Of a DNA stretch of 64,000 bases, positions 1-10,443 are shown in pieces (position 1 is the first letter of the stretch; each line of letters starts with the position of its first letter). Location of the stretch: contig CBDCGX010000050.1 in assembly GCA_965216965.1 (NCBI GenBank), positions 44,170 to 108,169 on the forward strand, written 5' to 3'. The stretch comes from Spirochaetia bacterium (lineage in GTDB: Bacteria > Spirochaetota > Spirochaetia > WTKD01 > G963693115). A program made the position numbers and the translations under genes. The notes under the pieces are model-generated. The model made no database searches. It worked only from the letters and a program-made list of their open reading frames with translations, and had not been told where the DNA came from.

Positions 1-632
1 TTAATAACAACTCGTCCAGTTATTATATCTATAGAGTACTTATGCGTTTTAGAAAGAACTATAGTCTCTTCAAGATTTTTTATTTCTCCGTTTATTCTTA
101 TACGACGGAACCCCAACTTTTTTGCATCCTCTAATACTTTCTTATGCATTCCTTTCTTTGCTCTTACTACAGGAGCAAGTACAGTAAGTTTTGTCCCATT
201 GGCATACGAAAAAGCCGAATCACATATTTCATCAATAGTTTGTCTTTTTAATGGTTTGTTTGTATCTGGATCATGGGGCACTCCAATACGAGCATATAAT
301 AATCTATAGTAATCATATATTTCTGTAATAGTACCTACTGTCGAACGCGGGTTTTTGCTTATTGTTTTCTGTTCTATTGCAATTGCAGGAGAAAGTCCCT
401 CTATGCTCTCTACTGCAGGTTTATCAAGTCTTCCTATAAACTGACGAGCATACGTCGAAAGCGATTCTAAATATCTTCTTTGCCCCTCAGCATATATAGT
501 ATTAAACGCAAGAGACGATTTACCTGACCCACTCACTCCTGTAAATACAACAAGTTTATTGCGAGGTAAATTTATTGATATTTTTTTAAGATTATGCTCC
601 GAAGCGCCTACTATAGAAATATATGCATGCAT
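1..632 (-). CDS. uvrA: Excinuclease ABC subunit A, N-terminal part. Partial: the gene continues beyond the window start.
   Basis: Reverse-strand translation from the ATG at 630-632 reads MHAYISIVGASEHNLKKISINLPRNKLVVFTGVSGSGKSSLAFNTIYAEGQRRYLESLSTYARQF... This is the canonical UvrA N-terminus with a Walker A motif. It is absent from the ORF track because it is open at the window edge. Confidence 0.8.
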   Translation of the reverse strand, partial: MHAYISIVGASEHNLKKISINLPRNKLVVFTGVSGSGKSSLAFNTIYAEGQRRYLESLSTYARQFIGRLDKPAVESIEGLSPAIAIEQKTISKNPRSTVGTITEIYDYYRLLYARIGVPHDPDTNKPLKRQTIDEICDSAFSYANGTKLTVLAPVVRAKKGMHKKVLEDAKKLGFRRIRINGEIKNLEETIVLSKTHKYSIDIITGRVVI

Positions 633-708
633 GATATTATTGTAACAAATATCTATTTATTACAAAACATGAATATATTTTAGATTGCACATTAGATAAT
701 ACAAATGT

Positions 709-1719
709 TTAAAATACAAGAACAGGGTAATATCCCTCTAATATTTGTGAGCTAAATATACGACTTCTTCCAAGTATGTTAAAAAGCCTCGTAACATATT
801 GTTTGTAATTTATACTTCTACCCTTAAGAAGGATTTCTACGTTTTTTTGTTCTTCAATCCTATTACCTTCTCCCAAACTAAAATAATACTGTAATGCATA
901 CAAAATACGATATGCTCCCGACTCAACTAAAAATTCTCTGCCTTCCTTTTTCAACAGCATTTTTTCAAAGAAATACTCCATATCAGTAAAAGAAAATCTA
1001 TTTTCCTCTTTCTTTAGGATATCCCCTATTGCCCAATGTGTCATCATAGAAAGAGCGATGAAACTGTATTCTAAGCCATTTCTTAATGACTTTCCACTTA
1101 TTATAAGATATGCCCCTAACTCACGATATGCCATATAAGAATACAGTGGTTCTATATTAAATATTTTTACCATTTCATCAATACCTTGCGAAAATGCTAT
1201 AGAAAATATTGCAGGGTCTCTTACATCCTTTGTAGAATCTACAATCTCTTGTAATTGCTGCACAAAACCTTCATAATCTCCATCGTTGTATAATAATTGA
1301 GCTCGTCTATAATTTACCAAGAACCAATTATTATGTTTTTGTATACTAAAATTTTCTGCAATTTTAGTATACAAAAACTTTGCATTCGTTATATCTCCAA
1401 GCATATAATACACATTAGCTATCCCCAGTTTTATATCAAAAGTGCTTTTATATACATCTTGCATATCAAGATACATTCTCAATGCCTCGCGATATTTTTT
1501 CGCTCTCACATATGATTTCGCTTTATTCAGATCTCTCTGATAATTATATGTATTGCTCACAGAATCTGTTTGTCCATATTTCAAAATGGATTCTAAATCA
1601 GATTGCACAGTAGTATTTTGAGAATAGAGATAAAAATTATTTATAAATAAGAAAAAAACAAACAAGAATAGCACGATAAATACATTTTTCATCATACCAT
1701 TCTTAATTAAGTAATCCAT
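709..1719 (-). CDS. Hypothetical TPR-like repeat protein with an N-terminal hydrophobic segment.
   Basis: 336-aa ORF with an N-terminal TM or signal (FIVLFLFVFFLFINNFYLY). Central repeats rich in Y, L and A resemble TPR helices (AKSYVRAKKYREALRMYLDMQ, LGIANVYYMLGDITNAKFLY). Confidence 0.45.
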   Translation of the reverse strand: MDYLIKNGMMKNVFIVLFLFVFFLFINNFYLYSQNTTVQSDLESILKYGQTDSVSNTYNYQRDLNKAKSYVRAKKYREALRMYLDMQDVYKSTFDIKLGIANVYYMLGDITNAKFLYTKIAENFSIQKHNNWFLVNYRRAQLLYNDGDYEGFVQQLQEIVDSTKDVRDPAIFSIAFSQGIDEMVKIFNIEPLYSYMAYRELGAYLIISGKSLRNGLEYSFIALSMMTHWAIGDILKKEENRFSFTDMEYFFEKMLLKKEGREFLVESGAYRILYALQYYFSLGEGNRIEEQKNVEILLKGRSINYKQYVTRLFNILGRSRIFSSQILEGYYPVLVF

Positions 1720-1731
1720 TATTATAGCCTA

Positions 1732-1756
1732 AGAAAATACTGTACTGTTTGTACAG
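1732..1756 (-). terminator. Weak hairpin downstream of atpK, possibly an intrinsic terminator.
   Basis: Inverted repeat ctgtac-tgttt-gtacag at 1740-1756. On the minus-strand transcript it is followed by uauuuucuu. It lies 11 nt after the atpK stop. The stem is short (6 bp). Confidence 0.25.
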
Positions 1757-1766
1757 CACGTACCTT

Positions 1767-2204
1767 CTATGTGTATAGTTGCCCCAGTAAAAACACCATA
1801 ACAAAAAGAGCTACAGTTTCAACGAGTCCAAGTACTAATAGATAATATGCCATACCTTTCCCTGTTTCTGCCAAAGCATCTGATGCTCCTGCCGCCGCCT
1901 TTCCTTGATACCATGCAGACGCTCCCATTGCAAGCCCTCCTATAATTCCTGCACCAAGCAAAAACGCATCATCTGTAGTGCCTACAGCTCCATTAAGCTG
2001 TTGCATAAGAATAAGCCCATACAATGTCTGCGTAAGTGGAGCACCAACAAACACCATGAGTAAAAACTGTGCCTTTTTGTTCTGAAGGAAACATCGTTTC
2101 CATGCACCAATAGCAGACATGCCTGCAACTCCTATACCAAGAGCAGACCCAAATGCAGCAAATCCTAATGCCGCTGCAACACCAATTAAACCTAAATTTT
2201 GCAT
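1767..2204 (-). CDS. atpK: V-type ATP synthase subunit K (proteolipid, c-subunit).
   Basis: 145 aa, glycine- and alanine-rich hydrophobic sequence (GLIGVAAALGFAAFGSALGIGVAGMSAIGA) typical of V/A-type c-subunits. Last gene of the V-ATPase operon. Confidence 0.85.
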   Translation of the reverse strand: MQNLGLIGVAAALGFAAFGSALGIGVAGMSAIGAWKRCFLQNKKAQFLLMVFVGAPLTQTLYGLILMQQLNGAVGTTDDAFLLGAGIIGGLAMGASAWYQGKAAAGASDALAETGKGMAYYLLVLGLVETVALFVMVFLLGQLYT

Positions 2205-2206
2205 TT

Positions 2207-4087
2207 TTATATCCTCCGCAATATTATTTTTTTCTTTAAAGGGTTATATTTTCTCCCCGACCATTCCATTCCTATATGTCTTGAAAATTCTAAGACATTA
2301 AGTCTCACACCATGTACCACTACTGCAAGCAATGCCATAACTAAATTAAGCGTGTGTCCCAATGCTATTACTAGTATACCAGAAACTATAGATATTCCGC
2401 CAGACTCCATAATTCCTTGTCCCATGCCATTGAACGAGATTGCTATAGAAAACGATGCCAATCCAACAGCATATAATCGTATATATGATATTATATCAGC
2501 AAAAGCACCCACACTATCAAGTCCTATCGTTATAACATTTGCTACTCCCTTGAGAGCACCTATAAAAATATTTTTCCCTTTCTTTTGTTCGGATGTAAGT
2601 ACTATTGTAATAAAACCAGCAACAATCAGTGTTAATGCATAATCAGGCATTGGAAAATTCTCTCCTAATAATAATCGTAAAACAAGAAAAAAAAGTCCAA
2701 TTAGCATACTAGCATTACCTATTTGATTGAGAGATGCAAGAAACCCATCTGATTTAAACAATCGTATACATCCCAGAAAATGTGCAATAGTGAGTTGTAT
2801 AATTCCAACTCTAAATGCGAAAAGTTGCACATTTACAGCACTCTCGGGCGAAAATGCAAAAAACTGTGGAAACACAAAAAATGAAAAAGGATACACCTTT
2901 GAAATAGGTTCATATCCAAACCAGTTCCCAGTAATGGCACCCCATGCAATTGTAGTAAACGAGAACCATAAAAAAAGATATTGAACTAAACTTATTTGGT
3001 TCCCTTTCACTTGAGATATAATTATCGTTATAAAGGTTACAAGTAAGAGTATACTACCATATCCAGCATCACCTATTATCATTCCTACAAAAAGAGACAT
3101 AAACGCTAAAAATAAGAAACTTATATCTACCTCTCTATATCCTGGATCAACATCCAAAAATGAAAATAATGGTTTTATAATACGAATAGGTGCAAAGTTT
3201 TTTATTTTTGTTGGAACATCCTCATCATCCTCACTTGGTCTTTGACATACTAATCCCCACCCATATTCTTCTACCGATTTATATAGCTCTGCAATACTGT
3301 CTTCTGGAACATATCCATCAAACAAAAATAATCCATCTTTATTTTTTGCCCCACAAATAGCAGCTTGCTTTGCAATTTCGTTAGAAAGCTTTACATTTTC
3401 AGTTAACAGCGTGTGTTTATATTGTAAATTGTTCTTAATTTCTGCTCTATAAAGTTCTCTTCTCTTTATAAGGCTTTCTTTTCTCTCTACTATCTCAGAG
3501 TAGGTCATATCTAAAAACTGAATTGGAACCCAATCATCAGGAGCCTTAAAGGAGGCTTTCTTTAAGGAAAACACTGCCCATAATGACTTTTTTTTGTCTT
3601 TATGAAAACATACAAATGAATAATTGCTACCTTCTGTAGCAGTTTCCTTATTATGAGCTTGAATACGTTTTAACGTCTCATCTCGTCTCGTGTTATAAAT
3701 ACTGAGGAGAACACCTTCTTTTTCAAGTTCCTTTACATCATGGTTGCTTGAATTGCCAAAACACTTTGCAAATTCCTCCATAGATTCAAGCTCAGATATC
3801 TCTTTTGTTAAATCATTTACAAGAGTATTTACTTCGGTGATCTCACCTACAACTTCTCTTACACTTTTACGAGCAAGATTCCCTAAAAAAGAATCTTCTT
3901 TTCCCGAAACATTTTCAAGCACTGTAATTGCAGTTGACACATTAGCATGATTCTTTAGCACATCCAAATCAGAATCTATTTCTCCAAAACTAAGATCTAC
4001 AATACCTAGCTCCTGTAGCTTAGCAATATCTTCTTCTAAGAATTTAGAAAAGAATAATAACTGTACTTTATTCATTGGAACTATCAT
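2207..4087 (-). CDS. atpI: V-type ATP synthase subunit I (a-subunit).
   Basis: 626 aa with a soluble N-terminal half and a polytopic C-terminal half. Positioned between atpD and atpK as in the spirochaete and chlamydial V-ATPase operon. Confidence 0.8.
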   Translation of the reverse strand: MIVPMNKVQLLFFSKFLEEDIAKLQELGIVDLSFGEIDSDLDVLKNHANVSTAITVLENVSGKEDSFLGNLARKSVREVVGEITEVNTLVNDLTKEISELESMEEFAKCFGNSSNHDVKELEKEGVLLSIYNTRRDETLKRIQAHNKETATEGSNYSFVCFHKDKKKSLWAVFSLKKASFKAPDDWVPIQFLDMTYSEIVERKESLIKRRELYRAEIKNNLQYKHTLLTENVKLSNEIAKQAAICGAKNKDGLFLFDGYVPEDSIAELYKSVEEYGWGLVCQRPSEDDEDVPTKIKNFAPIRIIKPLFSFLDVDPGYREVDISFLFLAFMSLFVGMIIGDAGYGSILLLVTFITIIISQVKGNQISLVQYLFLWFSFTTIAWGAITGNWFGYEPISKVYPFSFFVFPQFFAFSPESAVNVQLFAFRVGIIQLTIAHFLGCIRLFKSDGFLASLNQIGNASMLIGLFFLVLRLLLGENFPMPDYALTLIVAGFITIVLTSEQKKGKNIFIGALKGVANVITIGLDSVGAFADIISYIRLYAVGLASFSIAISFNGMGQGIMESGGISIVSGILVIALGHTLNLVMALLAVVVHGVRLNVLEFSRHIGMEWSGRKYNPLKKKIILRRI

Positions 4088-4683
4088 GCACTTACCTCCA
4101 CTATACGAGATTTTGTGATTTTACCACGTACAACACTTGCCGTTTGTTGATCTCCTAAATAAATTTGTATAATTCTTATGAGCTTTTTTGTTTCGGGTAT
4201 TTTCACCTTCTCAAAAAGATTTACCCGTTGTATTGTAATCTGTAATTCTCTTGATATAAGTGCATATTGCTTTTCTAAGACTTCTATTTTAGCGGCCATT
4301 TCAAGCACATTTCTAACTGCTTCAATTCCATCGTCAATCCACCATGGTGTAACTATAAAATCATACTCTTTTATTTCACAATCAAGTGAGCGGAAAATTG
4401 GAATACTAACTCCCGCAATATTTTGCTCATCAGTATTAAGCGTTATATGAATAATATATTCTTCTATAAGCGGTGTGCCATAATCTCCAAAAACTGATAT
4501 CCAAGATTGAATGTTTTCATAATAGGTTTCATACTCTGCACGAAGTGTTTGTACCTGATTTTGTATCTTCTGCAACATAGACTGCAATTGCTGTTGCTTC
4601 AGTTTCAAAGTAGGAAGATATCTATTGAATCGTTTAAGAGAATCTTTTTGTTTTTTTAATTCGTTTTTTGTAAGTTTTACCAT
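4084..4683 (-). CDS. atpD: V-type ATP synthase subunit D.
   Basis: 199 aa coiled-coil protein. N-terminus MVKLTKNELKKQKDSLKRFNRYLPTLKLKQQQL matches the subunit D family. Overlaps atpI by 4 nt. Confidence 0.85.
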   Translation of the reverse strand: MVKLTKNELKKQKDSLKRFNRYLPTLKLKQQQLQSMLQKIQNQVQTLRAEYETYYENIQSWISVFGDYGTPLIEEYIIHITLNTDEQNIAGVSIPIFRSLDCEIKEYDFIVTPWWIDDGIEAVRNVLEMAAKIEVLEKQYALISRELQITIQRVNLFEKVKIPETKKLIRIIQIYLGDQQTASVVRGKITKSRIVEVSA

Positions 4684-4749
4684 TGTATTTCTAAACTATA
4701 AATATATGTATGCACCACAATTCTCACAAATCCTACCATGTGTATACTC

Positions 4750-6066
4750 TTATCCTTTTTTTGCCCAAAACTTTTCAATAAGCGAAGACTTTAATCCCAC
4801 TTCGTGCGATTCAAAGCATTCTGCCAAAATCTCCCATCCTGTATCTAACGCCTTCTCAAGTGGCATATTAACAGATAAATCCATAAGTTTCTCTTCAAAA
4901 AGAGTTCCATATTTTATAAGTTTTTTATCCCACTCAGATATTCTAAAACCCATAGACTGTTTTTCAAGACTCGATTTATAATTTGCATACAATTTAATGA
5001 GTCCATCCATAATAGCACGGTGGTCTTCTCGTGTCTTTCCATTTACTATTTGTTTCAATCGAGAAAGAGACCCAAATGGTTCAATCCTTCCTCCACGTAA
5101 GTAATACTGTCCCTCGGTTATATATCCTGTATTATCGGGAACCGGGTGTGTTACGTCATCGCCAGGCATTGTAGTAACACTCAATATAGTAATAGAACCC
5201 GCTCCTTCAAAGTCAACTGCTTTTTCATATCGTGACGCAAGTTGACTATAAAGGTCTCCAGGATATCCACGATTAGATGGAACTTGCTCTTGAGTAATTG
5301 CAATCTCTTTAAGACTATCTGCAAAATTTGTAAGATCACTTAAAAGAACTAAAACCTTCTTACCTCCAATTGCAAATCGTTCTGCAATGGCAAGACTTGA
5401 GTCAGGCACCATTAATGCTTCTACAATAGGATCAGATGCAGTATGTACAAAAAACACTGTTCTAGAAAGCACTCCCCCTTCCTCAAGGGCCTTTCTAAAA
5501 AAAAGATAGTCATCATATTTAACACCAATAGCTCCAAGTATAATAATATCTACTTCGGCTTGAAGTGCAATACGTGCAAGCAATTGATTATAAGGTTCTC
5601 CAGACACTGAGAATATTGGTATCTTTTGAGATTCCACAAGAGTATTAAACACATCAATCATAGGTATTCCTGTACGTACCATCTTTGTAGGAATAATTCT
5701 TTTTGCAGGATTTACGGAAGGCCCCCCAATCTCTATAAGATTATCAGATAGCTTCGGCCCATTATCGCGGGGCTCACCTCTTCCGTTAAAGATTCTACCG
5801 AGTAAATTTTCAGAAAAAGACACCTTCATAGGATTTCCCAAGAATGTAACACTATCAGTGCTTGATACTCCACGACCACCAGCAAATACTTGCAACGAAA
5901 CGAGATCGCCCTTAAGCCTAATCACTTCTGCAAGAGAATCTCCAAACCGTGTATTTACAACAGCCGTTTCTCCATACTTAACCTCCGTCGCTCTCACATT
6001 GATAACATTTCCACTTATTGACTCTATTTTTGTATAAACCTTATGCATTGGATCCTCCTTCTGCAC
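4750..6066 (-). CDS. atpB: V-type ATP synthase subunit B (regulatory).
   Basis: 438 aa with an alpha/beta ATPase fold and a degenerate P-loop region. Sits between atpA and atpD. Confidence 0.9.
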   Translation of the reverse strand: MQKEDPMHKVYTKIESISGNVINVRATEVKYGETAVVNTRFGDSLAEVIRLKGDLVSLQVFAGGRGVSSTDSVTFLGNPMKVSFSENLLGRIFNGRGEPRDNGPKLSDNLIEIGGPSVNPAKRIIPTKMVRTGIPMIDVFNTLVESQKIPIFSVSGEPYNQLLARIALQAEVDIIILGAIGVKYDDYLFFRKALEEGGVLSRTVFFVHTASDPIVEALMVPDSSLAIAERFAIGGKKVLVLLSDLTNFADSLKEIAITQEQVPSNRGYPGDLYSQLASRYEKAVDFEGAGSITILSVTTMPGDDVTHPVPDNTGYITEGQYYLRGGRIEPFGSLSRLKQIVNGKTREDHRAIMDGLIKLYANYKSSLEKQSMGFRISEWDKKLIKYGTLFEEKLMDLSVNMPLEKALDTGWEILAECFESHEVGLKSSLIEKFWAKKG

Positions 6067-7822
6067 GCAAAACTACTTCTGCTTTTTCTTCGTATCCATC
6101 AAATTTCTCATTTATATGAGAATGTATTTTTTTCAATACTTCTTCAAACTCAGTACTCTTCCATTCCTTTCCATTATAATCCAGAAAATGCTGAGTTAAC
6201 TGAGAAATCCATGTCCGAGCTTCTTCTTTAGTTGGAAACAAAAATTTTCCAAAAAGAACCTTGAATACGATAGAAAATGTAAATTTTTGTCTTTCCAGAT
6301 TTACAGAGCAATCAACTTTGTCAAAAGCATCTTGTTGGAGATATACCGCATCTAAAAACTCTCCTTTGAGATATATAACATAGTCATCTATACTCGTACC
6401 TTCTTCTCCAACCACCTTCATCATTTGTCCAATTTCATCACCTTGAGCAAGACGTTCATGCGACATGTGTACTAATAAACGAGATATAGGCCCCTTATAT
6501 TTACTCCAACTCTCCAAAGGATGTATAGATGGATATTTACGTGCATCTGAACGTTCTCGGGAAAGCCCATGAAAAGCCCCTACAACTTTAAGCGTAGCCT
6601 GAGTAACAGGCTCTTCAAAGTTTCCCCCTGCTGGACTCACAGCCCCGCCTATTGTAACAGATGCCACCGTTCCGTCTTTTAACATAACTCTTCCTGCTCG
6701 TTCATAAAACGATGCTATAACAGATTCAAGATATGCAGGGAATGCTTCTTCGCCTGGTATTTCTTCAAGTCGTCCTGACATTTCTCTCATAGCCTGTGCC
6801 CAACGAGAAGTACTATCTGCCAAAAGCAAGGCATTAAGCCCCATTTGTCTATAATATTCAGCAAGCGTCACCGCGGTATACACCGATGCTTCACGAGCTG
6901 CAACTGGCATTGAACTTGTATTACAAATAATAATGGTCCTATCCATCAACGATCGTCCCGTCTTTGGATCTACAAGCTCGGGAAATTCTCGTAGCGTCTC
7001 AACAACCTCTCCAGCTCGCTCACCACAGGCGGCAATAATTACAATGTCCACCTCGGCATTTCGACTCGTAATTTGCTGCAAAACAGTTTTTCCCGCACCA
7101 AAAGGTCCTGGAACACAATATGTTCCTCCAAGTGCAACGGGGAAAAAGGTGTCTATAATTCTCACTTTTGTAACCATAGGATCCACTGGCATAAGTCTTT
7201 CTTTATAGTTAGTAATTGGGATTTTTACGGGCCAAGAAAATGTCATTGTAAGATTTCTTTTTTTCCCATCATCCGATACAATTGTTGCAATCGTTTTTGT
7301 TATGGGATATGTTCCCGAAGAAACAATATCACTAATTTTCCACGAACCCTGTACATCAAAAGGAACAAAAATATTATGAGTAAATATTCCTTCCGGGACA
7401 CTTCCTAAAACATCTCCTGCAGTTACAACATCTCCGCTTTTTGCCAATGAAGTAAATTTCCACTCTATCTTTTTATTAAGAGGCTCAATATACACACCTC
7501 TATCTAAGAAAAAACCACATCGCTCGGCAAGTTCATTAAGAGGATTTTGCAAACCATCATATACATGTCCTAAAAGACCTGGTCCCAATTCTACAGTTAA
7601 AAGTAGATCAGTAAACTCTACTTCATCGCCTACCTGAATACCCTTGGTAACTTCAAAAACTTGTAACTCAGCTGTTTCGCCTCGCACACGAATAACTTCT
7701 GATTTCAACTTCTTGCCATCGCTTACTTTTACATATGCAACTTCATTCATAGAAACCTTGTCTTTTATATTCACGGTGACCATATTTCCATTTACACCAA
7801 AAACCGTTCCTTTTACACTCAC
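6041..7822 (-). CDS. atpA: V-type ATP synthase subunit A (catalytic).
   Basis: 593 aa. Walker [10 protein letters not shown]. Typical V-type A-subunit N-terminal beta-barrel and non-homologous insert region. Confidence 0.9.
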   Translation of the reverse strand: MSVKGTVFGVNGNMVTVNIKDKVSMNEVAYVKVSDGKKLKSEVIRVRGETAELQVFEVTKGIQVGDEVEFTDLLLTVELGPGLLGHVYDGLQNPLNELAERCGFFLDRGVYIEPLNKKIEWKFTSLAKSGDVVTAGDVLGSVPEGIFTHNIFVPFDVQGSWKISDIVSSGTYPITKTIATIVSDDGKKRNLTMTFSWPVKIPITNYKERLMPVDPMVTKVRIIDTFFPVALGGTYCVPGPFGAGKTVLQQITSRNAEVDIVIIAACGERAGEVVETLREFPELVDPKTGRSLMDRTIIICNTSSMPVAAREASVYTAVTLAEYYRQMGLNALLLADSTSRWAQAMREMSGRLEEIPGEEAFPAYLESVIASFYERAGRVMLKDGTVASVTIGGAVSPAGGNFEEPVTQATLKVVGAFHGLSRERSDARKYPSIHPLESWSKYKGPISRLLVHMSHERLAQGDEIGQMMKVVGEEGTSIDDYVIYLKGEFLDAVYLQQDAFDKVDCSVNLERQKFTFSIVFKVLFGKFLFPTKEEARTWISQLTQHFLDYNGKEWKSTEFEEVLKKIHSHINEKFDGYEEKAEVVLRAEGGSNA

Positions 7823-8430
7823 TTGTGTCCTCCTGTTATACCATCACGAGAAAAGCCTGCTTTTTCTACAAGTGTACTTGTTAATTTTTCCCAAGCAGTC
7901 TGCCCCTTTGTTTTCACAAAATTGCGAAATCTATAATATAATTTTAATTTATATCCATAAATAATTACATTCTCAATAGAAAATTGATACTGTGCATTAC
8001 GGTGTTCTAAATATGCCCACAGTGCCCTTCCAATAATCCCCTCTCGTTCAAGTGGGTTTTTTGCATTCTGAGCTTCTGCAAGTACAATTGAAGCATCTGC
8101 TGACACGGGCACTCTTCCGTTTTGTATTGTATGTACATATGTTCCTCCCCTCAATACCGACCACCGCTTTTGTGCTACAGCATCTACTATAGAAAACCGA
8201 TACTCAATGAGATCATGAACTAAAGGAATTGTGCTTTCATAAGGACTATTTATAGCACACTCTATATTTTTGGTATCTCCGCTAGAAAGAACGCTACTAC
8301 ATACCGCTAGAAATCCATCTTCAGTTGGAATTGAATCTTGTTCTTTTCTATTAGTCGAAACATCATCTGGGAATGAAAAATCTATAGATAAATGAGGAAG
8401 TGTCGAAAGAAGATACACACACCCTGACAT
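7819..8430 (-). CDS. Hypothetical protein conserved within the spirochaete/chlamydia-type V-ATPase operon (between atpE and atpA). Possibly a divergent stalk subunit.
   Basis: 203-aa ORF tightly coupled to both neighbours (4-nt overlap with atpA, 1-nt gap to atpE). No recognisable motif. Confidence 0.5.
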   Translation of the reverse strand: MSGCVYLLSTLPHLSIDFSFPDDVSTNRKEQDSIPTEDGFLAVCSSVLSSGDTKNIECAINSPYESTIPLVHDLIEYRFSIVDAVAQKRWSVLRGGTYVHTIQNGRVPVSADASIVLAEAQNAKNPLEREGIIGRALWAYLEHRNAQYQFSIENVIIYGYKLKLYYRFRNFVKTKGQTAWEKLTSTLVEKAGFSRDGITGGHK

Positions 8431-8431
8431 A

Positions 8432-9031
8432 TTATTGTAATAACTCCCTTAATGTTGGAGTCAAAAATTCAGTAAGTGATTGAGATAGTGCTCTTTCTGT
8501 AAAATCAAATTGAAGAACACCATCTCCTTCTCGAGATACCATAAAACCACTCAAAACCTTATCACTTGATTGTATAGTTATTTTCTCTCCTTTTTCTTTT
8601 AAAAGGCCTTCTATCGCAGATTGAGTAATGCGTTGTGCATCTTCTTTAGAAAGAGATAGGAAAATATTTTTCTCATTTCCAAAATCCCATTTAGAGAGAG
8701 CCTGTGTAATAATTTCTTTTAGTGATTCTGTTGTAAGAACATCTCTTGTTTTCCGCTCAAAAAAAGCTCGCAATATTTTTTCAAGATCACTTTTGACTAC
8801 AAGCAATAAATCCCTATGTGCTTGAATAAGTGCATCCTTCCCTCTTTTTTCAAGAACATGGGCCTCAGATTGTGCATTCTCTACAATATGTGTAGCTTCT
8901 TGTCTTGCTTCTTGCATAATGGCATCTGCTTTTTTCTGCGCTTCAGCAATTATACCTTCAGCATGTTTTTTACCTTCTTCAATACCGTAGTTCTTAACCT
9001 TTTCAATAAGTGTATCTATTTGTACTTCCAT
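8432..9031 (-). CDS. atpE: V-type ATP synthase subunit E.
   Basis: 199 aa, highly charged alpha-helical N-terminus (MEVQIDTLIEKVKNYGIEEGKKHAEGIIAEAQKKADAIMQEARQE) typical of the E peripheral stalk. First gene of the operon. Confidence 0.8.
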   Translation of the reverse strand: MEVQIDTLIEKVKNYGIEEGKKHAEGIIAEAQKKADAIMQEARQEATHIVENAQSEAHVLEKRGKDALIQAHRDLLLVVKSDLEKILRAFFERKTRDVLTTESLKEIITQALSKWDFGNEKNIFLSLSKEDAQRITQSAIEGLLKEKGEKITIQSSDKVLSGFMVSREGDGVLQFDFTERALSQSLTEFLTPTLRELLQ

Positions 9032-9297
9032 ACATACTCCTACAACTGTAAATATGTTTTACGCATAGCAAACATGCGTATTTTCATCTCTATTTTATCA
9101 TAATATCATAATATCACTATTAAAATATAACTCTATAACTTTAAGTAAAGAATACATGGTTACAACCGCCATAGCTTTATTAAAAATATCATTGCATAAT
9201 AATCTCTATAACTATCAACAACATGAATTCTCTATTTATTTATAAGTATATCATAAAACAGGTACATCAAGCAACACCATTATGACAAAATTTTATA

Positions 9298-10239
9298 TTA
9301 AGAATATCTATACACAATTCTTTTTGCCATATCATAATACGATATTCCAAAGAGCAACATATGTATCATTATATGATATAAACTATATATACTCAATCGT
9401 TCCCATGCATTTTTCTCAAGTGGCCAACTATCACTATAGCCATTATAAAAACCTTTTGGATATCCTCCAAAAAGTGTAGTAAGTGCTATGTCCACCTCAC
9501 GATGTCCATAATATATTGCGGGGTCTATAAATACAGGGATAGTTTTATTTTCATGTTCCTTCCACATATGATTCCCAGCCCAAAGATCGCCATGTAATAA
9601 TGATGCCCTTCCATCATCAGGTGGCAATAAAAAATGTGAGAGATTTTTACACAGTGTTTCGTATGCTACTACAAATTTCTTATCAAGTAAATACTTATCA
9701 AGTACGGCTTTTAGAATAGGTAATAGTCTTTTTTCTTTAAAAAAAACCACCCAATCTTCACTCTGACTATTATCTTGCATTACAGTTCCAGCAAATGTGT
9801 TTCTTGTAAGACCACAGCTAGAAGATTGGGTGTTCTTATGAAACTGTGCTACATCATACCCAAATTCATAATAATTCTCATCATGAGGATGACCTTCATT
9901 TATATACTCCATTAAAATATAATCATCTCCAAAGGCGTATACCTGAGGCACATATAAACTATTACATTCCAAACATGCCTTTTTCATTTTTACAAGCGAA
10001 TATGCTTCTACTTCAAAAATATCTTTTGCGTATATAGAATTGTTTTTTTTATAAAAGAGTTCCTTGCCACTATTTAGCCTTATTCTTCTTGCGGTGCTAA
10101 TACATCCACCACCACACAATACTTCGTGCGTTATTTTTGCTCCATCAAAAAGCTTAATTATTGCTTCGTTTAATGATAAAAAATGCAGGGACATTTCACT
10201 CATAATTTTTCCTAAAAGCGAATGTGTACACATTCGCAA
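9298..10239 (-). CDS. Fructosamine/ketosamine-3-kinase family protein (aminoglycoside-phosphotransferase-like fold).
   Basis: Contains LLHGDLWAGNHMW, matching the HGDLWSGN catalytic motif of the fructosamine kinase family. The true start is probably the internal MSEMSL. Confidence 0.65.
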   Translation of the reverse strand: MRMCTHSLLGKIMSEMSLHFLSLNEAIIKLFDGAKITHEVLCGGGCISTARRIRLNSGKELFYKKNNSIYAKDIFEVEAYSLVKMKKACLECNSLYVPQVYAFGDDYILMEYINEGHPHDENYYEFGYDVAQFHKNTQSSSCGLTRNTFAGTVMQDNSQSEDWVVFFKEKRLLPILKAVLDKYLLDKKFVVAYETLCKNLSHFLLPPDDGRASLLHGDLWAGNHMWKEHENKTIPVFIDPAIYYGHREVDIALTTLFGGYPKGFYNGYSDSWPLEKNAWERLSIYSLYHIMIHMLLFGISYYDMAKRIVYRYS

Positions 10240-10312
10240 AACCCATCATTAAGTAATGCATTTCATATAGCACATGCCATTCCATAATGGCAGCAATCAT
10301 ACTATAACCATA

Positions 10313-10386
10313 TGATGGTGGAGGGACTTGAACCCCCGACACAACGGATATGAGCCGTTTGCTCTAACCACCTGAGCTACACCACC
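10313..10386 (-). tRNA. tRNA with anticodon CAU. Met elongator-type, or possibly the lysidine-modified Ile2.
   Basis: The reverse complement folds as a cloverleaf. Acceptor GGTGGTG/CACCATC, D-stem GCTC/GAGC, anticodon stem AACGG/CCGTT with loop CTCATAT, T-stem GGGGG/CCCTC with loop TTCAAGT. No encoded CCA. Confidence 0.8.
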
Positions 10387-10443
10387 GTCCTTAACTACTA
10401 TCATAAAACAATTCTTTATTGTTTATCAAGCTATAATATTAAT

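Noticed and set aside
2199-2984. Plus-strand ORFs of 85-147 aa inside atpI.
   Set aside because: Embedded antisense in a well-supported V-ATPase subunit I gene. Low-complexity translations.
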